Shown here: positions 37,574-46,424 of the stretch, piece after piece
Numbering within the stretch: the first letter of the stretch is position 1
Layout: each line of letters starts with the position of its first letter
Assembly: GCA_965228475.1 (NCBI GenBank)
Contig: OZ245817.1
Span: 1,472,001 to 1,536,000 of the forward strand
Source: Myxococcota bacterium
GTDB taxonomy: Bacteria; Myxococcota_A; UBA9160; JAFDDA01
DNA length: 64,000 bases
Direction of reading: 5' to 3'
Notes under the pieces: model-generated
Seen by the model: the letters and a program-made list of their open reading frames with translations, nothing else
Told to the model about the DNA's origin: nothing
Database searches by the model: none
Position numbers and translations under genes: made by a program

Positions 37574-38875
37574 CTAGGCCGTCTCCGGAGCGTCGGCCTT
37601 CGCCTGCGCCAGCGGGAGCCGGATCTCGAAGCACGTTCCCTTGCCGACTTCGCTCGTCACGTCGAGGACGCCCCCGTGGTCGCCCACGATGCCCTGGGCG
37701 ACGACCAGGCCGAGGCCGTTGCCCTGGCCCGCGGGCTTGGTGGTGAAGAACGGCTCGAAGATGTGCGCGAGCTGGTCCGCATCCATGCCCGCGCCGGTGT
37801 CCGCGAAGGTCAGCTCGAGTGTTTCCTCCGCGCCGGGACGGAGGGAGACGGTCAGGGTGCCGCCGCCTTCGGCCATGGCGTCGGCGGCGTTGAGGGCGAG
37901 GTTCAAGAAGAGCTGTTGGAGCTTCTCCGGGTCCCCGAGGACCGAGGGCGTCGGCTGGTAGTCCGTCTTCACCTCGACGGCGAGCCGCCGGAGCTTCACG
38001 CCGAGGAAGGAGAGGGTCGTCTCGAGCAGGGGCTCGAGCGCGACGGGCTCGCGGATCGACTCGCGCGGCCGCGCCATGTTCAAGAGCGCCTGGATGATGC
38101 GCGAGATCCGGTCGATCTGGTCGCGGATGGTGTTCAGCCGCCAGCGGGCCTTCTCGTCGGAGACGGCGGGTTCGAGCGCTTCGGCGTGGCCCTGGATCAC
38201 GCTCATGGGCGTCCCGATCTCGTGGGCGAGGCCGGCGGCCAGCGTGGCGACGGAGGCGAGGTCCTCGGCGGCGCGCGCGCGCCGGCTCGTCTGGCGCAGC
38301 TCGTGGGTGCGGTCGTCGAGGGTGCGGGTGAGGGAGCGGCTCGCTTCGGCGAGCTCGCGGTTCAGGTGCTCGAGCTGCTCCTCGTGGCGCGCGATGTAGG
38401 TCTCCATCGCGAGCTGCGCATCGAGCATCAGGCGCTTCATCAGTGCGGAGAGGGCGAGCTCGCAGCGGTCGACGGCCTGGCCGAAGGCGTCGCGCACGAT
38501 CGGCATGAGCAGCGTGAAGTAGAGGGTGTAGGCGCCGAGGTACCAGCGCGGTTCGAGCCCGATCCGCGCGTGGACCTCCCCGATCCGCAGCCGCTCGGCG
38601 ACGTAGGTCTCGTCGATGTCCGAGCCGAAGAGCGAGATCAGGTACGCGCGCTGGCTCTTCAGGAGGCGGGCCTTCACGGCCGGGTCCGAGAGCAGCCCGC
38701 GGGTCTCCTCGAAGGAGAGCAGGTGCCGGTAGAAGGCCGAGACGAGCGTGTCCGCCCGCTTCTCGACGTCGGGGCGCAGGCTCGCCAGGAGGCGGAGCTC
38801 GCCCGCGTCGAGGTTCAGGAAGGCCAGCCGGGTCTGGAGATCCGTTTGGAAGTCGCGGGTTTCCACTGCCCCCAT
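37574..38875 (-). CDS. Globin-coupled sensor histidine kinase (protoglobin + HisKA + HATPase; start uncertain)
   Basis: Sensor globin (FYRHL, RLRIGEVHARIGLEPRWYLGAY with the proximal His); H-box AHEIGTPM; N, G1, F and G2 boxes NAADAM, DTGAG, FEPFFTTK and GLGL. Confidence 0.92.
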   Translation of the reverse strand: MGAVETRDFQTDLQTRLAFLNLDAGELRLLASLRPDVEKRADTLVSAFYRHLLSFEETRGLLSDPAVKARLLKSQRAYLISLFGSDIDETYVAERLRIGEVHARIGLEPRWYLGAYTLYFTLLMPIVRDAFGQAVDRCELALSALMKRLMLDAQLAMETYIARHEEQLEHLNRELAEASRSLTRTLDDRTHELRQTSRRARAAEDLASVATLAAGLAHEIGTPMSVIQGHAEALEPAVSDEKARWRLNTIRDQIDRISRIIQALLNMARPRESIREPVALEPLLETTLSFLGVKLRRLAVEVKTDYQPTPSVLGDPEKLQQLFLNLALNAADAMAEGGGTLTVSLRPGAEETLELTFADTGAGMDADQLAHIFEPFFTTKPAGQGNGLGLVVAQGIVGDHGGVLDVTSEVGKGTCFEIRLPLAQAKADAPETA

Positions 38876-39011
38876 TGTGGGGAACTCCCGGTGGGGGTCA
38901 ATCCGAGGAAACCGCACCGGCCGTTCTGTGCCCATCCGTCACGCCTTCCCGGGCCGGGTGGGGCGGGCTGTCGCTCAGCCGACACGAAAGGCGAACTCGA
39001 CGTCGGATTTC

Positions 39012-39027
39012 TGGCACGGCGCTTGCG
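39012..39027 (+). promoter_or_regulatory. Consensus sigma54 promoter of the di-iron operon
   Basis: TGGCACGGCGCTTGCG, an exact TGGCACG-N4-TTGC match. Confidence 0.85.
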
Positions 39028-39071
39028 ATGCATCCCTCCCAGGTCTCGCAGCACCGCAGACGGAGGACGAC

Positions 39072-39962
39072 ATGTCGGATTTTCTCTCGGGTTACTCGAT
39101 CCAGTACTGGTTGGAGTCCTGCCCCCAGGGCTACCTCGAAGACACGGAGTTCGGTCACAAGGCCGACGCCAAGGAGCCCGCGCTCGTTCTCGAGAACGAC
39201 CTCATGCGGCAGCAGGCCATCCAGGTCACGACCCAGATGGTCGTCGGCGAGCGCTGTGCCCTGGCCGCCTCCTCGGGCCTGATCAACGCCGCGCCCGACG
39301 AAGCCGCGAAGCGCTTCCTCGCCACCCAGACCCTCGACGAAGCGCGACACGTGGAAGTGTTCACCCAGCGCCTGTTCGACCTCGGCGTCAAGAAGCAGGA
39401 TCTCGAGTCGACGATCCGCGAGTACGCGAACCCGAACCTCGTGAAGTTCGCCGAGCGGCTGCTCGAGAAGGTCGACAACAAGGACTTCATCCCCGGCGTG
39501 GTCGGCCAGAACATCATCCTCGAAGGGATGGCCTTCAGCGTCTTCGAGATGACGCACGCGGCCAACAAGGAGCTCAACCCGAAGTTCGCTCAAACCCTCG
39601 CCGGTACGATCGCCGACGAGCGGCGTCACGTCGGGTTCGGTGAGAACTACATCGGGGCCCTGATCAAGGCGCAGCCGGAGAAGAAGGCCGAGATCGAGAA
39701 GATGCAGAAGGAGATGTCCTACTACATGCTCGCCACCTTCGCGGACCAGTTCCGCGGCGACGAGAACCGCAAGGAGCTCGACGAGATGCGCCGCCAGGCG
39801 CGCGAGGCCGGCGGCACGGGCGAAGGCACGTGGCAGGGGCAGAACCTCTCGGATCTCGAACCGGACCAGATGGAGGGGCTGCTCTCGGACACGGTCCTGC
39901 ATGAGTTCAAGACGCGGCTCGGGCGGATCGGGATCGACTACCAGACGCCGTCGCAGCCCTAG
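39072..39962 (+). CDS. Ferritin-like di-iron carboxylate protein A
   Basis: GGAGGA RBS; ligand pattern VGE...DEARH...ILE...DERRH. Confidence 0.85.
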   Translation: MSDFLSGYSIQYWLESCPQGYLEDTEFGHKADAKEPALVLENDLMRQQAIQVTTQMVVGERCALAASSGLINAAPDEAAKRFLATQTLDEARHVEVFTQRLFDLGVKKQDLESTIREYANPNLVKFAERLLEKVDNKDFIPGVVGQNIILEGMAFSVFEMTHAANKELNPKFAQTLAGTIADERRHVGFGENYIGALIKAQPEKKAEIEKMQKEMSYYMLATFADQFRGDENRKELDEMRRQAREAGGTGEGTWQGQNLSDLEPDQMEGLLSDTVLHEFKTRLGRIGIDYQTPSQP

Positions 39963-39973
39963 AGGAGACCCCG

Positions 39974-40756
39974 ATGGCAGAGTCGGCCGAGGTCCATGGC
40001 CTCACCCCCGAAGAGTTCGAGGAGCGGGTTCACTCCTTCCAGTTCTGGTTCGATTCGGTCCAGGGCTATCTCTCGGGGAGCGAGTACGGCCATCAGGCCC
40101 ATTCGCCGCCCGCTTCCGAGGACATGGACGCCTCGGAGAAGGACCGGCTCATCACGGTGCTCTGCAACTACTGCGTCGGAGAGACCGCTGCGCTCGATGG
40201 AGCCAGCGGCCTCGTCGCGGGGGCGCCCAACCGGCTGACGAAGATCTTCCTCTCGACCCAGGTCGTGGACGAAGGCCGGCACCTCGAGGTGCTGCGCAAC
40301 CGGCTCGTCGAGCTCGGCGTGGCCGACCCGGAGGAGGAGATCGAGCGCCGTGCGACGCCGCGCCTGCGGGACTTCCGTTCCCGGCTCCAGGCGCTCGTCG
40401 CCGAGCGGGATTGGGAGGCGGCGATCTTCGCCCAGAACGTGATCCTCGAAGCGATGGAGTTCGCCACCTTCCACACCCACGCGCAGCACGCGGACCCGGT
40501 CACGCGGGAAGTGCTGCAGGGGATCATCAAGGACGAGCGCCGGCACATCGGGTTCGGCGAGCGGGAGCTCGGACGGCGCCTGAAGCACCACCCGACCCTG
40601 CGCCATCGCCTGGCGCGCGTGCGCAGCCAGCTCGACCCGCTCGTGCTTGCCTCCTTCGAAGACGCCATGGGGGAGCTGAAGGTCCCGGTCGACGAGCGCG
40701 AGCAGCTCGGCCGGAGCTACCTCGAGGCGGTGGAGCGCCTGGGGGTGGGGCTGTGA
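39974..40756 (+). CDS. Ferritin-like di-iron carboxylate protein B (paralog of A)
   Basis: GAGGAG RBS; VGE...DEGRH...ILE...DERRH; N-terminal SFQFWFDSVQGYL...GH motif shared with A. Confidence 0.85.
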   Translation: MAESAEVHGLTPEEFEERVHSFQFWFDSVQGYLSGSEYGHQAHSPPASEDMDASEKDRLITVLCNYCVGETAALDGASGLVAGAPNRLTKIFLSTQVVDEGRHLEVLRNRLVELGVADPEEEIERRATPRLRDFRSRLQALVAERDWEAAIFAQNVILEAMEFATFHTHAQHADPVTREVLQGIIKDERRHIGFGERELGRRLKHHPTLRHRLARVRSQLDPLVLASFEDAMGELKVPVDEREQLGRSYLEAVERLGVGL

Positions 40757-41046
40757 GCGGGCAGATCGTCGAGATGAACCCGGATGCGCCGCGCAAGCGC
40801 TACGAACTCCTGGACGACACGGGCTTCGACGAGGTCCCGAAGAAGTACCGGAAGTTCTACCGCCGCTGGGAGGGTGCGGGCGATTCGCTCGCCCCGAACG
40901 AAGTCCTCTGCCCCGTGTGCAAGGTCGTGATCCGCTCGAACCGCGAGCTCCGCATCGGGGACCGCGTCTACTGCATGGCGTGCATGGCCCGCATGCGGGT
41001 CGTGCGGGACGAGGGCGGCCAGCTCGTGGCCGAGGTCGAGTACTAG
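40753..41046 (+). CDS. Small Cys4 protein (rubredoxin/zinc-ribbon, LysW-like knuckles)
   Basis: GTGA overlap with the upstream stop; CPVC-x17-CMAC; 97 aa. Confidence 0.78.
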   Translation: MSGQIVEMNPDAPRKRYELLDDTGFDEVPKKYRKFYRRWEGAGDSLAPNEVLCPVCKVVIRSNRELRIGDRVYCMACMARMRVVRDEGGQLVAEVEY

Positions 41047-41064
41047 GCGCGCGAGCCCGGCGGG

Positions 41065-41259
41065 CTAGCGGCTCGGCGGAGGCTCCGCGGCCTCGGCCCG
41101 TTCTTCGCGCTCCGGGCAGGCGTCGTCGTCCTCGAGATGGCGGTGGGCCGGCCCTTCCCAATCGTCGAACTCCCCGCGCCGGACGGAACGCACGACGATC
41201 CACAGCAGCACGCCCGCGAGCAGGAGCGAGGCCGGGATGGTGATGGCGAGGAAGCTCAT
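41065..41259 (-). CDS. ccoS: cbb3 oxidase maturation protein CcoS
   Basis: TM helix followed by VRRGEFDDWEGPAHRHL; last gene of the cco cluster. Confidence 0.88.
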   Translation of the reverse strand: MSFLAITIPASLLLAGVLLWIVVRSVRRGEFDDWEGPAHRHLEDDDACPEREERAEAAEPPPSR

Positions 41260-41269
41260 CCCGCTGCCC

Positions 41270-43483
41270 TCATGAGCCCGGCTCCCAGCGGAGCAGGCGG
41301 ATGCTGTTCGCCGTCACCGCGACCGAAGAGAGGCTCATCGCGACCGCCGCCCAGAGCGGCGTGAGCACGCCCGTCGCGGCCAGAGGGATCGCGACGATGT
41401 TGTAGCCGATGGCCATGGCCAGGTTCTGGCGGATGCGCCGAAGCGTCACCCGCGAGAGCTCGACGGCGTCGGGCAGGGCCTCGAGCCGCGGCGCCCGGAT
41501 CACCACGTCGGCGGCGTGGATCGCCACGTCGGCACCGCGGGCCATGGCGATGCCGACGTCCGCGGCCGCGAGGGCCGCCGCGTCGTTGATGCCGTCCCCG
41601 GCCATGAGCACGCATTCTTCCGCCGCCTGGTGGCGCGCGACGGATTCGACCTTCTCCTCGGGAGACACCTCGGCGGCGAAGGTCTCGATCCCGGCGCGGG
41701 CGGCGGCCCGCGCGACGGCGCTCGCGTGGTCCCCGCTCAGCAGGGAGGTCTCGCTGCCGAGGGCACCGAGCCGTTCGACCGCGCGGGCCGCGTCCTCGCG
41801 CGGTGCGTCCGAGAAGGCGAGCAGGCCCGTGACCGCAGCGTCTTCGGCGACGAAGGCGAGGGAAGCGCCGCGCTCCCGGGCCTCGCGCGCGGCGGCTTCG
41901 AGACGTGCGTCCGGAACGAGGCCGTGCTCGGCGAGCCACTTCTCGGAGCCGACGAGCACGCGGTCGTCGCCTTCGCCGGCGGCGACGCCGAGCCCCGCGC
42001 GGGCGGTGCGGTGCGTCCGCTCGCGCACGTCGAGGCCCGCCTCCGCGGCGGCGCGGGCGATGGCGGTCGCCACCGGGTGGAGACTCGTCCCTTCGGCGGA
42101 GGCGGCGGCCCGCAGGACGTCCTTCGCATCGCGGCCCTCGGCCGCATCGATCCGTTCGAGCGTGAGCCGCCCTTCGCTGAGCGTTCCGGTCTTGTCGAGG
42201 ATCACGCGGTCGACGCGCGCACAGCGTTCGATGGCTTCGCCCGACTTGAACAGGATGCCCTTGGCGGCCGCGCGGCCGATCGCCGCGGTGATGGCCGCAG
42301 GGGTCGCGAGCCCGAGAGCGCACGGGCAGGCGACGATCAGGACGGCAGCGGTGTAGAGGGCGACGTCGAGGGGCGCCGCGCCGCGCAGGGCCGTCATCAC
42401 CGCGGTCAGGGCGGCGATGGCGAGCACCGCCGGCGCGAAGACGGTGGCGACGCGATCGACGAGCCGTTGGACCCGGGGCTTTTCGGTCTGGGCCCGCTCG
42501 AGCAGGGCGACCATGCGTGCGAGGTTGCCTTCGCGCGGCGCGGCGGTCACCCGCAGCTCGATCTCCGCGAGGAGGTTGCGCGAGCCGCCGACCACGGCGT
42601 CACCGGGGCCCCGGGTCACGGGGAGCGACTCCCCCGAGAGCAGGGCTTCGTCGAACTCGCTCTCGCCGTAGAGGAGGATCGCGTCGGCGGGAACGCCCTC
42701 GCCGGGGGCGACGACGATGACGTCGCCGGCCACGAGCTCGTCCCGGGGCACCGTTTCGAGACCGGCACCGCTCCTTCGCCGTGCCGTCTCCGGGGCGAGC
42801 GCGGCCAGCGATTCCACCGCGGCCGAGGCACGCGCACGGGCCCGCCGTTCGAGCGTTCGACCGAGCAGGACGAGGAAGACGATCATCGCGGCCGAGTCGA
42901 TGTAGACGTGGTGGCTTTCGCCGAGCGTCGCCGCGATCGAGGCGGCGAAGGAGACGCTGATCCCGAGCACGACCGGCACGTCGATCGGGATCGTCCCCGA
43001 GCGGAGCCCGCGGAAGGCCCCCTTCCAGAAGGGCGCGGCGCACCAGGTGACCGCGGGGACCGAGAGGGCGACCGCGATCCAGCGCAGGCCCCGTCGCGTC
43101 GTCTCGTCGATGCCCTCGAAGGCGCCGATGTAGAGCGCGACGGCGAGCCACATCACGTTGCCGGCCAGGAATGCCGCCACGAGCACGCGAACCAGCGCGT
43201 CGCGGGCCTGCTGCTCCGCCGGGCGATCGAGGGCGGCCGGATCGTAGGGCGTGGCTTCGTAGCCGAGCTCCTCGATGCAGCCGACCAGGGCTTCGGTCGG
43301 CGCCTCCTTCGCATCGTGGCTCACCCGCGCGCGGTGGTTCGTGTAGTTGACGACGGCCTCGCGGACGCCGGGCAGCTCGCGCAGCGCCCGCTCCACCCGC
43401 CCGACGCAGCCCGCGCAGCGGAGCCCGTCGAGGAAGAGACCCGTCTCGGACGTTCCGGGGGCCCCGGCCGTCGATTCACTCAC
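41270..43483 (-). CDS. ccoI: Cu-transporting P1B-type ATPase CcoI/FixI
   Basis: HMA domain CAGC, SGES, CPC, DKTGT, HP, GDGIND and YN. Confidence 0.92.
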   Translation of the reverse strand: MSESTAGAPGTSETGLFLDGLRCAGCVGRVERALRELPGVREAVVNYTNHRARVSHDAKEAPTEALVGCIEELGYEATPYDPAALDRPAEQQARDALVRVLVAAFLAGNVMWLAVALYIGAFEGIDETTRRGLRWIAVALSVPAVTWCAAPFWKGAFRGLRSGTIPIDVPVVLGISVSFAASIAATLGESHHVYIDSAAMIVFLVLLGRTLERRARARASAAVESLAALAPETARRRSGAGLETVPRDELVAGDVIVVAPGEGVPADAILLYGESEFDEALLSGESLPVTRGPGDAVVGGSRNLLAEIELRVTAAPREGNLARMVALLERAQTEKPRVQRLVDRVATVFAPAVLAIAALTAVMTALRGAAPLDVALYTAAVLIVACPCALGLATPAAITAAIGRAAAKGILFKSGEAIERCARVDRVILDKTGTLSEGRLTLERIDAAEGRDAKDVLRAAASAEGTSLHPVATAIARAAAEAGLDVRERTHRTARAGLGVAAGEGDDRVLVGSEKWLAEHGLVPDARLEAAAREARERGASLAFVAEDAAVTGLLAFSDAPREDAARAVERLGALGSETSLLSGDHASAVARAAARAGIETFAAEVSPEEKVESVARHQAAEECVLMAGDGINDAAALAAADVGIAMARGADVAIHAADVVIRAPRLEALPDAVELSRVTLRRIRQNLAMAIGYNIVAIPLAATGVLTPLWAAVAMSLSSVAVTANSIRLLRWEPGS

Positions 43484-43664
43484 CGCCGGCGCCCGGCCGT
43501 TCGAGCTCGCGGGCGTACTCGAGCCCTGCCCGGTAGGCGTCGTCGACGACGGTCGGGTCCGGGTTGCGGATCGCCGTCGCCAGGAAGAGGAGCGAGACGC
43601 TGATCATTCCGCCGAGCAGGCTCGCGATGATCCAGGGCCAGGGTTCACGTCGATCATCCGCCAT
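43476..43664 (-). CDS. ccoH: Short CcoH/FixH-like protein (62 aa)
   Basis: AAGGAG RBS; EPWPW + TM helix + VVDDAYRAGL; lies between ccoG and ccoI. Confidence 0.72.
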   Translation of the reverse strand: MADDRREPWPWIIASLLGGMISVSLLFLATAIRNPDPTVVDDAYRAGLEYARELERPGAGGE

Positions 43665-44997
43665 GGAAGGCTCCTTGCTGTGCAGACCCCTGGGCCGAAA
43701 CCGGGGCGACGAAGGTGGACTCGCGGACGAGCTCGCGGATCTCGCCGTCGCTGCGCCGGAGTCGGAAGGAGATGGGCATCGCACCGGCGCCGAGCTCCGG
43801 CGCGCCCGGGTCGACCACCACGAACACGCGCGTCTCGACGTGCCGGATGGGGGCGACCGAGACCGGGTTGCTCCCGGCGACCAGCTCGAAGCCGTCCGGT
43901 GCGTCGAGCAGGATCTCGAAGGCGTGGGCCTCGCGGTCGCGGTTGGTGATGAACACGGTGTAGGCGTTCGTGAGCCGGCCGTCCCCGGTGGAGCCGAACA
44001 TCTGACTCCGGTTGTGCTCGACGTCGAAGTCGACGGGAACCCGCTGGCCGAGCAGGACGAGGAACGAACCCGCGATGACCGCGAGCATCGTCGTGTAGAC
44101 CAGCACCCGGGAGCGGAAGATCCGGGCTTCGCGCAGGCCCTCGAGGCTCACCCAGGCCCGGTAGTCGATCAGGCCGCGTTTCCGCCCGAGGCGGGCCATC
44201 ACGCCGTCGCAGGCGTCGATGCACTGGGTGCAGGTGATGCACTCGAGCTGCATGCCGTCGCGGATGTCGATCTCCGACGGGCAGACGGCCACGCACAGCC
44301 CGCAGTCCACGCAGTCTCCGGCGGTCGAACCGCGCTTGCCGCGGGGCTCGCCGCGCGCGGCGTCGTAGCCGATCACGAGCGTGTCGCGGTCGAAGAGCAC
44401 GCTCTGGAGCCGGGCGTAGGGGCAGAGGAACTTGCAGAAGGTCTGGCGCACGAAGGCGAAGTCCAGATAGGCCAGGGCCGAGAGGACGAGGACGAAGCCG
44501 CCGGCGACGGCCGGGGGTTCTCCCCGGAAGGTCGAAGCGAGCAGTGCGTCGATCGGGTGGAAGTATCCGACCACGTGCACGCCCACGACCAGCGCGATCG
44601 CGAGGAACACGAGATGGGTGAGCGCCTTTCGCCAGGGGGCGATGCGGCGCGGCGGGCCCCCGGCGCTCCAGCCCTGGATGCGGCGCGCGATCCCAGCGAA
44701 CACGTCCGTGAAGACGGTCTGCGGGCAGGCCCAGCCGCACCACACGCGGCCGGCCAGCGCCGTGAAGAGGAAGAGCGCGAGCGCGACGCCGGCGATCAGG
44801 AGCCAGAGGAAGAGGAGCTCCTGGGGGAAGATCACGAGGCCGAACACGTGGAACTTGCGCCCCGGGATGTCGAGCCACACGAGCGGGTCGCCCTGGATGC
44901 GGATCCACGGGATGCCGAGGAGCACGGCGATCAGGACGACGTTGGCCCAGGTTCGAAGCGTCCGGAAACGACCCCGGACGGGGCGCGCGCTCAGCAC
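43654..44997 (-). CDS. ccoG: cbb3 oxidase accessory polyferredoxin CcoG/FixG
   Basis: GRVWCGWACPQTVF, CPYARLQ, CVDCGLCVAVCP and CITCTQCIDAC. Confidence 0.95.
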   Translation of the reverse strand: MLSARPVRGRFRTLRTWANVVLIAVLLGIPWIRIQGDPLVWLDIPGRKFHVFGLVIFPQELLFLWLLIAGVALALFLFTALAGRVWCGWACPQTVFTDVFAGIARRIQGWSAGGPPRRIAPWRKALTHLVFLAIALVVGVHVVGYFHPIDALLASTFRGEPPAVAGGFVLVLSALAYLDFAFVRQTFCKFLCPYARLQSVLFDRDTLVIGYDAARGEPRGKRGSTAGDCVDCGLCVAVCPSEIDIRDGMQLECITCTQCIDACDGVMARLGRKRGLIDYRAWVSLEGLREARIFRSRVLVYTTMLAVIAGSFLVLLGQRVPVDFDVEHNRSQMFGSTGDGRLTNAYTVFITNRDREAHAFEILLDAPDGFELVAGSNPVSVAPIRHVETRVFVVVDPGAPELGAGAMPISFRLRRSDGEIRELVRESTFVAPVSAQGSAQQGAFHGG

Positions 44998-45003
44998 GGC
45001 GCC

Positions 45004-45567
45004 CTAGCTCCCGGGCGGAGCGGCGTCGGGCGCACCCACCCCCGGTTCGTCGGACTTCGGCAGCGTCTCCAGGTACGCCAGGGCCTTCCAGATCTTCTCG
45101 GACCCGAGCTGCACGCCCCAGGGCGGCATCCCGAGCGGGCGCCCTTCGGCCACGCTCACGTACAGCGCCTCGTCGTCGTCCCCGTACTTCCAGTAGGGAT
45201 CGACCAGGCTCGGCCCGACCAGGCCGCGGCCGTCCGCGAGGTGGCAGGCGGCGCAGGTCGTGGCGAACACCTCGCGGCCCTCCTCGATGGCCGCGGCGTC
45301 GCCGCGGAACGGGTTCTCCGAGGGCAGCTCCGGGCGGTTCGCCGCGATCACCGCCTGGGCGGTCTCGACCTCGGCCCGCCACTGACCCTCGGCGGACCAG
45401 CCGGAGAACAGGTAGTAGGGCGTGTAGATGCAGGCGAAGAGGATCGACGCGACGAAGGTCCAGTTGAACCACGGCGGGATCGGGTTGTCTTCCTCTTCGA
45501 TGCCGTCGCGCATCGGCGCGCCTTCGGTCGGGAGCTCGGCGATCTTCTCGTGCAGTTCGTCGTTCAT
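45004..45567 (-). CDS. ccoP: cbb3 oxidase subunit III, mono-haem
   Basis: DGIEEEDNPIPPW, TM helix, one CAACH and GMPPW. Confidence 0.88.
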   Translation of the reverse strand: MNDELHEKIAELPTEGAPMRDGIEEEDNPIPPWFNWTFVASILFACIYTPYYLFSGWSAEGQWRAEVETAQAVIAANRPELPSENPFRGDAAAIEEGREVFATTCAACHLADGRGLVGPSLVDPYWKYGDDDEALYVSVAEGRPLGMPPWGVQLGSEKIWKALAYLETLPKSDEPGVGAPDAAPPGS

Positions 45568-45716
45568 CCCTCGTCCTCTTCGAGCATGCGCCGCGCCGGC
45601 GCTTCCAGGCGTTCCCGGTTGGCGGGGCGGTACAGGTAGGCGGTGATCCCGGCCAGCACGAGAGCCAGCAGCGCAAGGCGGCCGAACTTGTAGATGGCGA
45701 CCCAGTCTTCCGTCAC
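45564..45716 (-). CDS. ccoQ: cbb3 oxidase subunit CcoQ
   Basis: 50-aa single-TM ORF overlapping the ccoO stop and the ccoP start; YLYRPANRERLE...MLEED. Confidence 0.75.
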   Translation of the reverse strand: MTEDWVAIYKFGRLALLALVLAGITAYLYRPANRERLEAPARRMLEEDEG

Positions 45717-46423
45717 GGTGCACTCTCCATTCGCGAGGCCTCGAAGGATTCCCGCGTCACCGCGGTGCCGAGGGCCTGGAGGTAGGCGATCAGGGCCAGC
45801 GCCTCGCTGCGCATGTTCTCCTCGGAGAGCGTGAGCCCGTCCTTCTGCAGGGAGGCGACGACGGTGGCGGCCTCGGCCCAGGCGTCGTCGGCCGCGTTCG
45901 CGATCTCTTCGTCGGAGTAGGGGTGACCGAGACCCCGCAGGACGGAGAGCTTCTTCGAAGAGAGCGACGTATCGAGCTCGTTCGTCAGCAGGAAGCCGAA
46001 GTCCGGCATGTTCGAGCGCGGCTCGATGCTGCGCGGCTCCTTCAGGTGGATCCAGTGCCAGGAGTCCGGGTACTTCTTCCCGATGCGCGCCAGGTCCGGC
46101 CCCGTGCGCCGCGAGCCGAACAGGAATGGGCGGTCGTAGACGTGCTCGCCGGCCATCGTGAAGGGGCCGTAGCGATCGGTTTCGCTGCGCAGCGGACGGA
46201 TCTGCTGGCTGTGGCAGACGTTGCAGCCCTCCCGGATGTAGATGTCCCGGCCCTCGAGCTCGAGCGCGCTGTAGGGCCGCACGCCGGGGATCGCGACGAT
46301 CGTTCCCTGGAGGAAGTAGGGCGGGATCAGGAGGGCGAGGCCGCCCACCGCGATCGCGAGCAGCGTCAGCACGGTGAACGTCACGCCCTTGGCTTCGAGC
46401 TTCCGGTGTCCTTCCCACGCCAT
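45713..46423 (-). CDS. ccoO: cbb3 oxidase subunit II
   Basis: GRDIYIREGCNVCHSQQIRP, GSRRTGPDL and SNMP. Confidence 0.96.
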   Translation of the reverse strand: MAWEGHRKLEAKGVTFTVLTLLAIAVGGLALLIPPYFLQGTIVAIPGVRPYSALELEGRDIYIREGCNVCHSQQIRPLRSETDRYGPFTMAGEHVYDRPFLFGSRRTGPDLARIGKKYPDSWHWIHLKEPRSIEPRSNMPDFGFLLTNELDTSLSSKKLSVLRGLGHPYSDEEIANAADDAWAEAATVVASLQKDGLTLSEENMRSEALALIAYLQALGTAVTRESFEASRMESAP

Positions 46424-46424
46424 C

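Noticed and set aside
38874..38901. sigma70 promoter TTGACC-N16-CACAAT (minus strand) giving a leaderless kinase transcript from GTG 38866
   Set aside because: The -10 overlaps an ATG that has a plausible RBS and the spacer is short; it cannot be resolved without TSS data.
38969..38984. TGT-N10-ACA (NifA-type UAS) palindrome TGTCG-N6-CGACA
   Set aside because: It is a single occurrence not shared by the other promoters and there are no nif genes. The overlapping 17-bp site fits the common spacing better, although a second factor cannot be excluded.
39072..40756. Calling the di-iron pair aldehyde decarbonylase, ribonucleotide reductase R2 or bacterioferritin
   Set aside because: Only the generic ExxH ligand pattern is shared; there is no acyl-ACP reductase or R1 partner and no specific signature I can verify.
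40753..41046. LysW amino-group carrier protein
   Set aside because: The Cys spacing is similar, but it lacks the C-terminal EDWGE motif and there are no lysX/argX genes.
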